Assembly (NCBI RefSeq): GCF_964355755.1
Contig: NC_092674.1
Span: forward strand, 18,724,001-18,788,000
Reading direction: 5' to 3'
DNA from: Antedon mediterranea
Taxonomy: Eukaryota; Animalia; Echinodermata
DNA: 64,000 nt
In this document: positions 62,207 to 64,000 of the stretch, piece by piece
How positions within the stretch are numbered: position 1 is the first letter of the stretch
Layout: each line of letters opens with the position of its first letter
Position numbers and translations under genes: made by a program
Notes under the pieces: model-generated
What the model saw: the letters and a program-made list of their open reading frames with translations, nothing else
Told to the model about the DNA's origin: nothing
Database searches by the model: none

Positions 62207-62399
62207 CACATTACGTGCCCAACTTTATTTAAATATATTGATATGATAACAAATAAAAATCATGGGCGACAACAAGATAGACAAAGGATGAGAAATTGGG
62301 TATAGACCGGGCGCCCAGAAAGTGTATTCATTCGAAAAGCCACAAAAGGTTTGATGGGCTGATTAAGTAGATATATAGCTATAAGATTTAATAATCAAT

Positions 62400-63350
62400 A
62401 TTGCTGCCTGGTCATATACTGTAAATTTTCCATGGGAACAACAAATAAGGGGGGGGGGGGAAATGGATTTAATCATATGAAAAGCCACACGGATAAAAGT
62501 TGTTGACATTGTCCGCATGTGTATACAAGTTAAAAGAGCAATGACAGCCACTTTCTCCTGTAAGTTGCCTAAGACAGTAGCCCTAAGTAACCACACGACT
62601 AATTTCTTTTGCATTGTAACTGTTAGACATTGGGATGCATGCACAGAAATACCATTGACAGCAACTTTATCCTTTAAGTTTCCCCAGACAGTAGCCAACC
62701 CAAAAATGCCCATTGGCAATCATGCAAAGAGCCACACGGCAAATTCCTTTTACATTGTAACTATTATCTTTTTGGATATACGACGAAAACCGTTGACATC
62801 AACTCTATTATCCTGTAAGTTGCTCCATATAGTAGGCCAATAATTTCCTATTCCGACCCCTACGAGATTTAATAACTCGAAGAGCCACACGGCATATTGT
62901 TTACTTTCCATTGCAGGGGATACACGAAAATACCATTGACGGCAGCTTGATTTTGTATGTTGCCCAAGACAGTAGCCTACAATTTCCCCAGCTACTACAA
63001 GATTTAACCACACGGTTTTTTTCATTTTTATTTTGCATTGTGATTTAAAATTACCCTTAGAATATACGAAAATATCATTGAGATATAAAAAATGAGCAAG
63101 CAGCAATTTTCCACCCAGGCAGTGACCCAAACATTTACCATAACACTAAGATTTAAGCGTGTGAATAGACAACTAATATTCCACTTTAACAATACGAAAA
63201 TACTCATGACAGCAACTTCAATCTCTAAGTTGGCTCAGACAGTAGCTCATAGACAAGATTCATCATGTGAAGAGCTAATTCTTTTTTATTGCAACTGTAG
63301 CCCACACATTCGGATAAACTCATGACAGCTACAACTTTATCCTGTTAGCT
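62400..63350. repeat. Degenerate tandem repeat, roughly 120-bp period
   Basis: Recurring GACAGCAACTTTATCCTGTAAGTT, AGACAGTAGCC, AGCCACACGG and TTGCATTGTAACT blocks. Confidence 0.6.
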
Positions 63351-64000
63351 TCAGAATTGTCTTGATTAGAAAAAGCACACTCAATTTGGTGGACAATATC
63401 AATATTTACTGTATAGTATATGTTAAATTAGCAAGCACAAAATCACTTATACTTCGTCAAAGTGACGATTACATTCTAGTTTATTTTTGTTTTTAAAAGG
63501 TATCTGTATTTTGAAACCATTGATGTTTTTAAAATCTCGAATAGAAACACACTGGGCTTCTTTTCAAGATAATGGGCTCTTTTCGAGATAGACTATTTGA
63601 ATATCAAAAGAACAAAAGTTATTTATATCATACATTTATTTTACAGTTTAAAATGTTATTTTGATCACGATAAACAAAAAACACTCCATTTCATTTAGAC
63701 CATTTTCTTTCACTTTTGAAACTTCTAGTGAAGGTAATATTCTCTTAAAAAGAAAGTGAGACAATGTCTCCAAAACCCTGTCTTAATGGTATGGTACTTT
63801 GATAATCTAATTAGTTACACTTTATATTATATTAACCTTACAATATTCATGATTTTAACAAGTACCGGTAAGGATTGTCTAGCTAGAAACTGGTGTGTTT
63901 AAAAAAAATTGTCATTATTTCTCGATGCATAGGCCAATGGCATCAATGTTTTTCTCAAAGCAAAGTAGCCTAATAATGGCACATTTAGACACATGATCCA

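Overview
This is AT-rich eukaryotic DNA (animal, probably a marine invertebrate; the taxon is inferred), made almost entirely of nested transposable elements. From left to right: two degraded LINEs, one carrying a perfect 202-bp palindrome over its RT YADD motif; a deleted Academ-like DNA transposon that holds a young Gypsy LTR element, which in turn holds a 2A-peptide-encoding LINE and a MITE; a rearranged hAT element and an adjacent template-switch repeat; Kolobok-like, foldback, Helentron-like, Ginger-like and pogo-like elements; P-, pogo-, Gypsy- and Ngaro-type coding remnants; and an RTE-like LINE at the right end. The most interesting feature is an apparently intact head-to-head gene pair at 50.0-59.3 kb. 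One gene, assembled by hand from 9 coding exons, encodes a 653-aa SAM-ZnF-HECT E3 ubiquitin ligase on the minus strand. The other is a SAM-HTH-DDE integrase-like transposase on the plus strand. Their N-terminal SAM-like domains align without gaps (19/53 identical), and their inferred first splice donors are only about 170 bp apart. All calls come from reading motifs by eye; no searches were run.
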